From NCBI GenBank assembly GCA_027339965.1, contig DAHWNL010000051.1, positions 11,146-75,145 on the forward strand: a stretch of DNA of 64,000 nt, given 5' to 3'. A model generated the notes under the pieces. The model saw nothing but the letters and a program-made list of their open reading frames with translations. It was not told where the DNA came from and ran no database searches. Source of the DNA: Granulicella sp. GTDB lineage: Bacteria > Acidobacteriota > Terriglobia > Terriglobales > Acidobacteriaceae. Shown piece after piece: positions 32,926 through 42,439 of this stretch. The position numbers and the translations under genes are program-made. Position 1 is the stretch's first letter. Each line of letters opens with the position of its first letter.

Positions 32926-34278
32926 TCAGCATACGGCAAGCGCGTGCTCGCCCGGGGCTGAGGCAAACGAGGAGCGGCCCAGCGCAAAGGTGAGCATGAG
33001 ATTCAGAGCAAACAGGTGCACCCCGCTCAGCTCCAGCATGGCCGAGGCCGGCAACACCTTCCATGCCACGGGGAGAATCCCTTCGTAGGCCAGCGCTTCC
33101 GAACTGGCGCGCAGCAGACAGCCGGTCTGCAGCATCAGAAGGCTCAGAAACATCAGCCGCTTGCTGTAGATGCTGTAGAAGCCCGAGAAGTGAGGAAGAA
33201 TCCGGGGACCAATGGCAAAGATCATGGTCGCCACAAAGCCCACCGTGAGGGCGTGCCGGGAGGCCCCCCAGATGCCCCCGTGCTGATCGGCCACCGCTGC
33301 CCAGACGCCCAGAAAGCCGGCCACCGCCAACCAGAGGAATGCCACCCGAACAAACGAGGGAAAGCTGGGGTGAATACCGGCCACCTTGGCCTGTCCATGC
33401 GGACGCTCCGCCAGATGCAGTGCAAAGCCGATGGCCACAGCGCTGACAGCAAGCAGCATGGTGGCCAGCAGCGTCCATCCGAAGACGCCGCAGAGGACGC
33501 CCAGCACATCCATCCAAAGAGCAAAACTCAGCAGATCCGAGTCAGGCTGCGGAATCGCCAGGAACGCCGGCAGCCAGCGGGCGGAGAATCCCCACACCAT
33601 GGGCGTCAAGAATCCCCAGGCCATCAGCACCAGATACCGCTGGTCGAGACCGTGAGGAAAGGCGCGGCTGGCCCCAACAAGCGCCAAATGCAGACACTCC
33701 ACAAAGTTAAAAGTCACCATGGTGAATAGTCCCGCGCTGCCGAGCAGTACCGCGGCCATCCATAGTGGCATCGGGCTCCGACGGCTCCTTGACGTTGCAG
33801 CATCTGCTCCCAGAGCGGACCGCTCGTCCGGCCGCTTGTGCCTGGAAGCGGCCAGCAGAAACAGGAGAACCGCGGCCATCTCAGCGCCCGCCGACAAAGG
33901 ATAGACCGCTCTCCAGTGCCAGCCATAGATACTGGCCACCCAGCGCGACGCAACCCCTGCAGTCCAGAGCAGGTAGCAAGCCAGAGGAAGACGGACCACT
34001 GAACGGCCGTGGGCGGGTTGCGAGTAGAACCCGATACCCAGGATAAAACTTCCCACCCAACCAAAGACCTGCGCATGGCCATGGCCTTGAATCCATGCCG
34101 CCGGCAGCCCGCCCAGCCGGCGGTGGCTGACAATGGCCATCAGGTTGGAGAAACCCAGCAGCGTTCCCGGCAGCGCCATGAAGAAGATTCCGGTCGCAAT
34201 CCAAAGCCGTAGCAGCACGCTCTTGCGCCGCTCCCGCAGCACCATTGCCTGTGTCGAATTCACCTGTCCGTTCTCCAT
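32926..34278 (-). CDS. nnrS: NnrS-family membrane protein
   Basis: Multi-TM; HGHAQVFGW, GASRHALTVGF, RILP; NO-stress context. Confidence 0.7.
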   Translation of the reverse strand: MENGQVNSTQAMVLRERRKSVLLRLWIATGIFFMALPGTLLGFSNLMAIVSHRRLGGLPAAWIQGHGHAQVFGWVGSFILGIGFYSQPAHGRSVVRLPLACYLLWTAGVASRWVASIYGWHWRAVYPLSAGAEMAAVLLFLLAASRHKRPDERSALGADAATSRSRRSPMPLWMAAVLLGSAGLFTMVTFNFVECLHLALVGASRAFPHGLDQRYLVLMAWGFLTPMVWGFSARWLPAFLAIPQPDSDLLSFALWMDVLGVLCGVFGWTLLATMLLAVSAVAIGFALHLAERPHGQAKVAGIHPSFPSFVRVAFLWLAVAGFLGVWAAVADQHGGIWGASRHALTVGFVATMIFAIGPRILPHFSGFYSIYSKRLMFLSLLMLQTGCLLRASSEALAYEGILPVAWKVLPASAMLELSGVHLFALNLMLTFALGRSSFASAPGEHALAVC

Positions 34279-34372
34279 ACTTGCCTCCACTCCCCAAAAT
34301 TAGTTGGCGCGAAACACCTCGGCAGGTACTTTTGTCACTGCGCAGCCGTATCGGCTGGGTTTTCATCATCCT

Positions 34373-35521
34373 ATGAACCCGCTGAATCACACCACGGACT
34401 TCAACCAGACCCCCTTTCTCGCCATCTGGGAGGTCACCCAGGCCTGTGACCTGGCCTGCGTCCACTGCCGCGCCTCAGCGCAGCCCGAGCGCCATCCGCT
34501 GGAGTTGAGCACCGAGGAGGGCAAGCGCGTGATTGACGAAATTGCCGCCATGAAGACGCCGGTCTTCGTTCTCACCGGTGGAGATCCGCTCAAGCGCCCC
34601 GACCTTTTTGACCTGATCCAGCATGCCCAGACCGTGGGCGTCCGCGTCTCGCTCACCCCCAGCGCCACCCCTCTGCTCACCCGGGAGATGGTGGTTCGCC
34701 TCCAGCAGGCCGGACTGGCGCGGCTGGCCGTCAGCCTGGATGGAGCCTGTGCCGCCACCCATGACGCCTTTCGCGGATTATCCGGCTCCTTTGTGCGCAC
34801 CCTGGACGCCATCCACTGGGCCAATGAGATCGGCCTGCCGGTCCAGATCAACACCACCTTCAGCCGGCGTAACCTCACGGAGATCAATGTCATCGTCGCT
34901 CTGTTGGAGAGCGTTAAGGTCACCCTGTGGAGTGTCTTCTTTCTGGTTCCCACCGGCCGTGGCAAACTCGCGGATCTGCTCGATGCCCAAGAGTTCGAGG
35001 CGATCTTCGCCAAGCTCTATCATCTGTCCAAGACTGCGAGCTTTGACATCAAAACCACTGAGGCGCAGCATTACCGCCGCTACCTTCTGCAACAGCGGAC
35101 AGCGCAGCGTCAGGCCGGCCGCGGCGCAGCGCCCGCCGCGGAGAAGATTGCTGACTCCATCGGCCGCGCGCCACGCGGCCTGAATGACGGCAAGGGATTC
35201 GTCTTCATCTCCCACACCGGAGAGGTGTATCCCAGCGGCTTTCTGCCCCTGCGGGCCGGCAACGTCCGTCGCCAGAGCCTGGCCTCCATCTACCGCCACT
35301 CCCCGCTCTTCCAGAGCCTGCGCGATACATCCCGGCTGCAGGGAAAATGCGGAGCCTGCGAGTTCAAGGAGATCTGCGGCGGCTCCCGCTCCCGAGCCTT
35401 CGCGCTCACCGGAAGCCCGCTCGGGGAAGAGCCCTGCTGCTCCTACATACCCCGCGGGTACGTCCCCACGGAGCAGATCCAGGCCAGGCCCCAAGGCCTG
35501 CGCGTGCTGCAGGGAGCATGA
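34373..35521 (+). CDS. Radical SAM/SPASM protein (NirJ/Ahb-like, TIGR04053-like)
   Basis: WEVTQACDLACVHCRA; C-terminal GKCGACEFKEICGGSRSRA...EPCC. Confidence 0.85.
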   Translation: MNPLNHTTDFNQTPFLAIWEVTQACDLACVHCRASAQPERHPLELSTEEGKRVIDEIAAMKTPVFVLTGGDPLKRPDLFDLIQHAQTVGVRVSLTPSATPLLTREMVVRLQQAGLARLAVSLDGACAATHDAFRGLSGSFVRTLDAIHWANEIGLPVQINTTFSRRNLTEINVIVALLESVKVTLWSVFFLVPTGRGKLADLLDAQEFEAIFAKLYHLSKTASFDIKTTEAQHYRRYLLQQRTAQRQAGRGAAPAAEKIADSIGRAPRGLNDGKGFVFISHTGEVYPSGFLPLRAGNVRRQSLASIYRHSPLFQSLRDTSRLQGKCGACEFKEICGGSRSRAFALTGSPLGEEPCCSYIPRGYVPTEQIQARPQGLRVLQGA

Positions 35522-35557
35522 GGCAAAATAGAGGAACGCCGAGGAAGAAGGCAAACC

Positions 35558-36097
35558 ATGAGCGTACAAATTGGCGCCAAACCCGATAGCGGTTTTGATG
35601 ATCCCCTGGGCATGCTTGAGGATTGTCATCGCAGGATCCAACACTTCCTCGGCATCCTGCACCTGGTCGCGGCGCGCGCTCCTGACCGCGCTCTCGACCC
35701 GGAAGAGGTTTCCGCGGTCAAAGCTGCGGTACAGTACTTTCACACCGGGGGTGAACGTCACAACGCTGACGAAGAACAGTCGATCTTCTCCCGCCTGCGT
35801 AGCTTCCCTGCGGCCGGCGCCGAGTTCCTGGTCTTGCTCGCTCGCCTGGAACAGGACCATGCTCGCTCGGCGGAACTGCATGAGGCCATCGATTGGCTCT
35901 ACACGGACTGGATCGTGAAAGGAGAGCTCGAACCATCCCAACGGGAACGCCTGCTCTCCAACACCGCCGCCCTCCAGGATCTCTACAAGAAGCACATCGC
36001 CCTGGAAGAGACCGCGATCTTCCCCCGCGCCGCCGAACTGCTGAACGCCGAGACCATCGCCGTCATCGGCCGCGAGTTCAGCGCCCGCCGCGCCTGA
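35558..36097 (+). CDS. Hemerythrin-domain protein
   Basis: CHRRI, HNADEE, QDH, HIALEE (HxxxE) motifs. Confidence 0.85.
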   Translation: MSVQIGAKPDSGFDDPLGMLEDCHRRIQHFLGILHLVAARAPDRALDPEEVSAVKAAVQYFHTGGERHNADEEQSIFSRLRSFPAAGAEFLVLLARLEQDHARSAELHEAIDWLYTDWIVKGELEPSQRERLLSNTAALQDLYKKHIALEETAIFPRAAELLNAETIAVIGREFSARRA

Positions 36098-36400
36098 GCA
36101 GCTGCGGAAGACATCCCTGAACCGCAGGCGAAACAAAGAAGCGTGAAGTGACCAGCCAAAGCAAACAGACCCCGCCAGGCAGGAAAGCTCCACGGCGGAT
36201 CTCACTCCTGCGTGGCTGCGGACGCCGAACCTTAAGCATCTCCAAAATTGGAAAATCCACGTAGGTCAAGCACCATCGGCGCACCGAAGTTCTTTTTCGC
36301 TTTCCTTTGCGAATGAATCTTCCGGAACAACCGTTTTGTAGCTTTTTCAGCAACCCCACAAAGGCCGGGGCACAGCATTACCCCAACATCGAAAGGGCCT

Positions 36401-36515
36401 TATAACATTTTCAGTGTTGATGGGTACACCGGAGTGGGCGTGTAGTGGCGTTTTCATTGGGGAAAACGCCCATAGAAGTCGAGGCATTGGGTACACCTCC
36501 ACTGAAACTGCTTTA
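36401..36515 (+). mobile_element. MITE-like palindromic repeat, copy 1 (115 bp)
   Basis: TATAACATTTTCAGTG...CACTGAAACTGCTTTA imperfect TIRs; central hairpin GGCGTTTTC-ATTGGG-GAAAACGCC; three more copies in window. Confidence 0.8.
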
Positions 36516-38741
36516 GCGAAAGACCACCTCGATCTGCTGCGGCGCTGCCGTGTTCTTGAAGCGAATGAGCAAAGTTCGGCCGTTGTACTCATAGGATGCT
36601 GGATCTAACGGTTTCCCCCCAAGATCGATCTCGCGCGCTGCCCGGGCGGAGAGGATGCGAACGACTCCGTGCGTATCTTCGATTCCCTCAACCTGAAAAG
36701 TCAGTCTGTTCTTGCCTTCTCGTTCCAACGTGACTTTGGCAGATGCGGCCAGGATCCGCGGCCGGGATGAGCGAAAGGAGTTCACGTCCAGCAACAGCGC
36801 TCTTTCCCCCGGTTGAATCGTAAAGTGGTCGCTCTCCGCCAGATTGTTGTCAAATAGATTGATGAAGTCTCCTGCAACGGAAAGTGGCCGCAGCGGTTGG
36901 CTCTGCTGCTCCGAGCCTTCCGCATCCAGGCCTGCGGCAATTACATAGTGGCCGCGCCGCAGCACCAGAACATGAGTTTGGCAGAGCGGCAGGCCAATGA
37001 CCTTGGCAACAGTCTGGAGCGAGTCGTACACCACCTCCTGCCCAGCCGGCAAGTAGGTAAGAGCCGCTGGATTCTTCGCTTCGTACAGAACAAACCCTCT
37101 GCCAACTGCGTGCAGTCCGCTGGATCCCGGCTTCAAACCGAGCTCTTGGAAAAGGAGATCGCACGGCGTCTGAACCTTTCCATCCTTATCTCTCCACCAG
37201 GCATGAATCTTGTCGTAGGGATCCTTGTCATCATCGAAGACAATCAGGGCTCCGCCGGAATGGACCCACGCAACCAGCGCGGTTTGCGAATCTGGGTCAG
37301 GCGGCTTTTGGCCGTCATAAGTTAACAGCAGCACCTTGTATCGACGCAGGGCTCCGACGGTCACCGATCCCGGGCGGACGCTCTCCATCTGCACCGGTTC
37401 AACGGGCATGCCGCGCATCAGCAACGGGAGGGCCAGGCCATAAAACTCACCCAGGGAAGGATCGGATGGGTCCGGCGAGGCCCGCTCAAACATCAACGTG
37501 TCGGAGACAAGAACGCCGATGCCTCTGTTACCGGCAGACTCCCAATGCGTCTCCGCTGCCGGCTGTTGCATCTCGGCCAAGGCGTGGAAGACGGTCTGCA
37601 ACTCCGTTGCGTACGCCTCTGGAATTGGAATCTTCGCCGGATTGGGATTGGAAGGTGAAGGTTCCGTAGCCGGATACGCGAAGCCCTCCCCAAAGATTCG
37701 CTCCGGCCATGGAAGCACCTCATAGCGCGACACCGCGGGTTGAAGAAGTGACGCTACAAGCGTGCTCTCCCAGTTTTTGCGGTAATCACTCCAGGAGTGG
37801 TGAGGATTGTCTTCGATCGGATCATCGAGATACCAAATCGGCTTCCCTGAAGAACGCGCAATATTCTGGAGAACTCCGTACTCCAGAAATGCTGTTTCAA
37901 ACGTCCGCTCTCGCAGTACGCCCTCGTAAACATTCGGAGTCCGGGCGGTTCCGGTCCACACCTGCGCAATATAGCCATCTGCGCCTACCTTGAGCAAGGA
38001 AGACTCCGGGCTGACGATATGCCACTGTGCGTAGTTGATCAGGGAGTGGGTTGCGACGTAGCACGGAATTGAGCGATGGTGCTTGGCACCATAAGCCTTC
38101 ACGGATTGAAAGATCTGGGCCAGCGTGCGGCGATAGAGATAGTACTTGAGCTGGGAGGCGCGATACTGCGCGTCGGGGGAGCTGTCCGGCGCCTGCCAGG
38201 CCTGATGATATTCATCCTGCCACTGATTCCGGAAGCTTGTACTCCATCCCGCGCGAGCCCAGAACTCGGGCTCTTCCAGATAAACAGCCTGTGCTCCCGC
38301 ATCGAGAGCGGACTCAATCTCCTTGCTCAGATACAAGCCGTAGGACCGATTCGGAGAGATATAGGGAATATCGCGTCCCCCATGCAGGATCAGGTTGCCG
38401 TTCTTCTCTTGCTGAGTCTCGTTCCAATGCTGTTTCCCATCGAAGCTTCCATCGAGATAGGCGCGATACCTTCCCCAAGCGACTCCAGTCATCAAATCCA
38501 CATGATAGCCATGCGCCTTCCAGGAACGGATGCGCTCCGCGGTCGTGCCATCAACCCCATAAACCATCACGGTATCGGCATCGATGTTGATCCGGGGCGA
38601 CCATGCTCGGCTCGTCTGAAAAATGAGACGGCCTTGAGGGGCTTCGATCGTCCTTGACGGCGTCTGAGATGCCGCAAGCAACGTCTGGCCAGGAGCGAGC
38701 GAAAGACAGAAGGCAACCAGGATCAATGTATGGATCTTCAT
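36513..38741 (-). CDS. Secreted putative glycoside hydrolase (TIM-barrel plus beta-galactosidase trimerization-like region)
   Basis: 742 aa, signal peptide, YLEEPEFW, YKVLLLTY...WVHSGGALIVF; function inferred. Confidence 0.55.
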   Translation of the reverse strand: MKIHTLILVAFCLSLAPGQTLLAASQTPSRTIEAPQGRLIFQTSRAWSPRINIDADTVMVYGVDGTTAERIRSWKAHGYHVDLMTGVAWGRYRAYLDGSFDGKQHWNETQQEKNGNLILHGGRDIPYISPNRSYGLYLSKEIESALDAGAQAVYLEEPEFWARAGWSTSFRNQWQDEYHQAWQAPDSSPDAQYRASQLKYYLYRRTLAQIFQSVKAYGAKHHRSIPCYVATHSLINYAQWHIVSPESSLLKVGADGYIAQVWTGTARTPNVYEGVLRERTFETAFLEYGVLQNIARSSGKPIWYLDDPIEDNPHHSWSDYRKNWESTLVASLLQPAVSRYEVLPWPERIFGEGFAYPATEPSPSNPNPAKIPIPEAYATELQTVFHALAEMQQPAAETHWESAGNRGIGVLVSDTLMFERASPDPSDPSLGEFYGLALPLLMRGMPVEPVQMESVRPGSVTVGALRRYKVLLLTYDGQKPPDPDSQTALVAWVHSGGALIVFDDDKDPYDKIHAWWRDKDGKVQTPCDLLFQELGLKPGSSGLHAVGRGFVLYEAKNPAALTYLPAGQEVVYDSLQTVAKVIGLPLCQTHVLVLRRGHYVIAAGLDAEGSEQQSQPLRPLSVAGDFINLFDNNLAESDHFTIQPGERALLLDVNSFRSSRPRILAASAKVTLEREGKNRLTFQVEGIEDTHGVVRILSARAAREIDLGGKPLDPASYEYNGRTLLIRFKNTAAPQQIEVVFR

Positions 38742-38946
38742 CTCCGGGTGGGAACCTCCGTTCGCCTTGAGATGGACGGCGGCGCATCGTTGGGGAGGAT
38801 GTTCCGACCATCGTTCATGGGCGGATTAGCCGCGCGACCAGATTCTAGAAGAAAGATGCGGTTAAGACCTTACACGTAGAGCCGCCGCGGAGTAGTCTCC
38901 CGGCGCCATCTCAAGCAGAACATGGAATCGCTCAGCCGGCAACGAT

Positions 38947-41900
38947 CTACTGCTGGACGACTGTGACCTGCGGCGAGGTTCCATCGGCGCTCAGGCAAGC
39001 TAGCCGTCCATGGGTGCTGGAATTGCTCGCCGCCTGGTCCTGACGGATCGCAAAGCAATAAGATTTGGTCAGCGTGCCGGTGCTCTGCATGACGTTCAAA
39101 ACGAAGATTCCCACGGAGGCCGTTGGATCATAGGTGGTGTCCGGCGCCAGCATCCCGCTGGCGGTAACACCAATCGCGCCGCTGAGCCCTTCATCCCAAT
39201 CCGCGTCGTTTTGGCTGCCCTTGTCCTGAGCAAAGGGGGAGATGTCGCCATCGGAGCTGACACTGAGAATCCCGGAACTGGAGCCACGGCTGGGGTCGCC
39301 GTTCGCCACAGAGCCCATGAAGTAGCTGGCGGCCAGATCGTCTACCGTCCAGCCACCAGAGCTTGGCCCCGCCTGCGGTTCCATCCAACCGATCCAATCA
39401 GAGGACTGCGACGAGCTGGACGCGGCGTCCAGATAAGCCGCTGCATTGCTGTTGTAGACATACAGCACAACCCCGGGCGCGGCTTGACCAGAGATCGACT
39501 CCGTGGTGCGTCCCGTGGTCGCATCCGCGTCAAATGTCACTCCACTCAGAGACTTGGAACTGATCGTACCGGCATTGTTTTCAATCTGAGTCATTTCGCC
39601 GTTCGCAAATTGCATCGCCGTGGCTGCGTAACCCTGCGCGCTATCCTGACCCGATGCGTAGATCACCGCCGGCCCGGCCGGCACACTGGTAGCCTTCTGC
39701 AAGCGCGCCTGGCCAATCACAAAGTCAGCCCCGGTGCTGTCGTCGTGAGGATTGTCGCTGATAAAGACGGCGTCTCCGGCCGCATCGCCGGTAGGAAACA
39801 TTACTACCGGAATCAGGCTGCTGCTGGTGCTGCCGAAGCTGTTGAAGGTGGCCGCCCCGTAGACGTTTCCCTCCGGGGTAAGGCTGGAGCCGGTCAGCGT
39901 CTCGTCCGCCGTGTAACTGCCTTGAATCACTGCATCCATCGTTCCCGTGGAAGAGCTGCTGCTGAAGTCGATGGAGCCGACAGCACCTGCCAGACTCCCA
40001 TCCTCCCACTCGCCTCTCAGCAGAAAGACGTAGTTGGCAGTTTCGACAGTTGGGCTGCTGCTCTGCAGGTAGCAGCGGCCAGAGCCGGTAACGCCAGAAG
40101 GAGATGTTCCCGCATCATCCATCTCTGTAAGGGCAATCCTGCTGAATTGGTTACTGCTGTTCAGATCACCCCCGGCAAGCGCAAAGAGGGCGCTAAGGTT
40201 GTTCGAGCCTTTCAGCTCAAGATATCCCCGGTTGTCGGAGCCGACCGCGTAGGTGCCGGTGAACCCTTCCGCAAGAAAGCCATTGGATGGTCCGTTGGAG
40301 TCCATCTGGCCGCCGGTAATCACGCCGCTGCCGTTGCTGGTGAAAGCAAAGACCATCCCCCCGCGATAGAGCGTGCTGCCCGTCTGCTCCTTCACTCCGC
40401 TGGGCCAGAACTGGTCGACGTAGCAGGCGTACTGGGCACTTAGCTCAGCATCATTCGTGGTAGCCGTCTCCGCAACCACGCTCAAGGTCAACGGCGCGCT
40501 ATCTTGCTCAGCAGTGGGCGTACTGCTGTCGGTCGCATCCACGGTCACCGAGGACGAGCCCGCAGAACTCGGCGTGCCAACAATCTGATCGGGGCTTGCG
40601 CTCGCTTGTTCCAGGCCAGCGGGCAGGCCGGAGTAAGTCACGGTGTAAGGAGATGTACCTCCGCTGACGCTCAGATTCGCGTAGGTATATGGCATGTTCG
40701 CCATGCCCTGCGGCACGCTGTTTAGCGTGACCGTCAACGGAGAGGGGTTGACCACGATGGTGTAGGCCACCGTCGCGGTGTCGCTGGTCTTCGTGGTGTC
40801 AATGACCTCCACCGTCAGCGAGAGGCTGGTTTCAGCCGCGCTCGGGTCTCCGCCAAAGGTCAACACGTTGCTCCCGTTGTTCGAGGCCGTAAGCCCATCT
40901 CCGTTCGCAATCGTTGTGGCCGCCCCGCCCACGGGGATGGCTGTTCCGTTCACGACAAACTCGTAGTTGCTGCCGCCCGCCCCTCCCGTGGCGCTGATCG
41001 ACCCAGAGTAGGTCTCTCCTACGATTCCCGAAGGCAAGGGATGGCTACCTGCCGCCGGCAGGGACACCGCCTGACTGCTCACGACGATGCTATACGCTTT
41101 GGATCCCGAGTCACCGTAGGCATCGGCGGCGCTGATCGTGAAGTTGTACGTTCCAACAGCGGTTGGCGTTCCAGAGATCCCTCCCGTTACTCCGTTCAGC
41201 GTCAGGCCTGGCGGCAGGCTGCTGCCCGCGGCCAGCCCGTAGGTCAACGACCCCACGCCGCCGCCGGCCAACGCCGCATAGGTGGTCGCGTAGGCCTGAC
41301 CCTCGGTGGCAGTGGCGGCAATCTCTCCGAGAAACACAATCGGCGCAGCAGGCTGGATGGTAATCGTCATGGGCGCGGAAGTCGCGGTCAGCGCCTTCGG
41401 CGTCCCAGAATCGGCGAAGGTGAAAATGATGCTGCTGTAGGTCCCGGCGCAGGATGCGGTCAACGCCGTTCCCGACGCCGTGGTCAGAATGCCCGATGCA
41501 CTCAAGGTCAGGCAACTCGGCAGAGCATGGCCACTGCTGCTGACTGACCAGTTCCGATAAGGGGGGATGCCGCCACTGCCTTGCAGTTGTAACGCATAAG
41601 CCCCTCCCACCGCCCCGTCAAGGCTCGCGTTGGTGCTGATGACCTCCGGCGCAGACGGAATGGTGATCGTCGCCGTTCCGCGGATTGAGCTGTCAGCACT
41701 CGATGTCGCCGTGATCGTCACGGTCTGCATCGCGCTCGTCGCTGCCGGCGCCGTGAACGTCGCCGACGTTGCGGTCTGGCTGGAGAGCGATCCAGTGGAC
41801 GTGCTCCAACTCACCCCTGCCGAGCTGTTCGTCACCGTGGCGCTGAGAGTTGTCGTATCCGTCCCATCGACGGTGCTCGCGCTCGCCTTCACCGTCACAG

Positions 41901-42015
41901 TCCCAGGCACTGGAACGGAAGAGCTGCCTCCGCTACAGCCTGTGAAGGAGACCAACGAAATGAAAAGAGCAAGCCCGAAGCAGTTCGTCAACAGAGCCCG
42001 ACACAGACCACGCAT
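38947..42015 (-). CDS. Large surface lipoprotein with putative Ig (He_PIG-like) repeats
   Basis: Lipobox FTGC; LPPGLTLNGVTGGISGTPT and GGTSPY..SGLPAGL repeats. Confidence 0.75.
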   Translation of the reverse strand: MRGLCRALLTNCFGLALFISLVSFTGCSGGSSSVPVPGTVTVKASASTVDGTDTTTLSATVTNSSAGVSWSTSTGSLSSQTATSATFTAPAATSAMQTVTITATSSADSSIRGTATITIPSAPEVISTNASLDGAVGGAYALQLQGSGGIPPYRNWSVSSSGHALPSCLTLSASGILTTASGTALTASCAGTYSSIIFTFADSGTPKALTATSAPMTITIQPAAPIVFLGEIAATATEGQAYATTYAALAGGGVGSLTYGLAAGSSLPPGLTLNGVTGGISGTPTAVGTYNFTISAADAYGDSGSKAYSIVVSSQAVSLPAAGSHPLPSGIVGETYSGSISATGGAGGSNYEFVVNGTAIPVGGAATTIANGDGLTASNNGSNVLTFGGDPSAAETSLSLTVEVIDTTKTSDTATVAYTIVVNPSPLTVTLNSVPQGMANMPYTYANLSVSGGTSPYTVTYSGLPAGLEQASASPDQIVGTPSSAGSSSVTVDATDSSTPTAEQDSAPLTLSVVAETATTNDAELSAQYACYVDQFWPSGVKEQTGSTLYRGGMVFAFTSNGSGVITGGQMDSNGPSNGFLAEGFTGTYAVGSDNRGYLELKGSNNLSALFALAGGDLNSSNQFSRIALTEMDDAGTSPSGVTGSGRCYLQSSSPTVETANYVFLLRGEWEDGSLAGAVGSIDFSSSSSTGTMDAVIQGSYTADETLTGSSLTPEGNVYGAATFNSFGSTSSSLIPVVMFPTGDAAGDAVFISDNPHDDSTGADFVIGQARLQKATSVPAGPAVIYASGQDSAQGYAATAMQFANGEMTQIENNAGTISSKSLSGVTFDADATTGRTTESISGQAAPGVVLYVYNSNAAAYLDAASSSSQSSDWIGWMEPQAGPSSGGWTVDDLAASYFMGSVANGDPSRGSSSGILSVSSDGDISPFAQDKGSQNDADWDEGLSGAIGVTASGMLAPDTTYDPTASVGIFVLNVMQSTGTLTKSYCFAIRQDQAASNSSTHGRLACLSADGTSPQVTVVQQ

Positions 42016-42244
42016 AGCCCGACCACCTCAATCGCTTTGCAGCACCCGCTTGCGAGCACGTTGCAACCGAGCCAAAGCAATGAGCGAGGCGCGGCACATG
42101 ATGGAATGGCAAACGAAGCTACGGCATGGATAGTGTAGCTTCTTGGCCAGGAGTTTTGCTTTTCAACAAACGCTGAGATGCGCTCACAAGATTTCAGGAT
42201 GCTTGCAGTCGATCGATCAAGGAGAAAGATCAACCCGCTCGCCC

Positions 42245-42359
42245 TAAAGCAGTTTCAGTGCAGGTGTACCCAATGCCTCGACTTCTATGGGCGTTTTCCC
42301 CAATGAAAACGCCACTGTAAGCCCTCTTCGGGACACCCATCAACACTGAAAATACTATA
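42245..42359 (-). mobile_element. MITE-like palindromic repeat, copy 2 (115 bp, inverted relative to copy 1)
   Basis: TAAAGCAGTTTCAGTG...CACTGAAAATACTATA; colinear with the reverse complement of 36401-36515. Confidence 0.8.
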
Positions 42360-42439
42360 AGAGATGAAGCTACTTCTCGTTTAGTTTTAATGCTCACTCC
42401 ATCCTCCGCCGGCTCCCGTTCGCTCTGCGATCTCAACCA

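Noticed and set aside
34324..34339. CRP-type box between nnrS and the radical SAM gene (AGGTA-N6-TCACT)
   Set aside because: Only one half-site is reasonable; too weak to call
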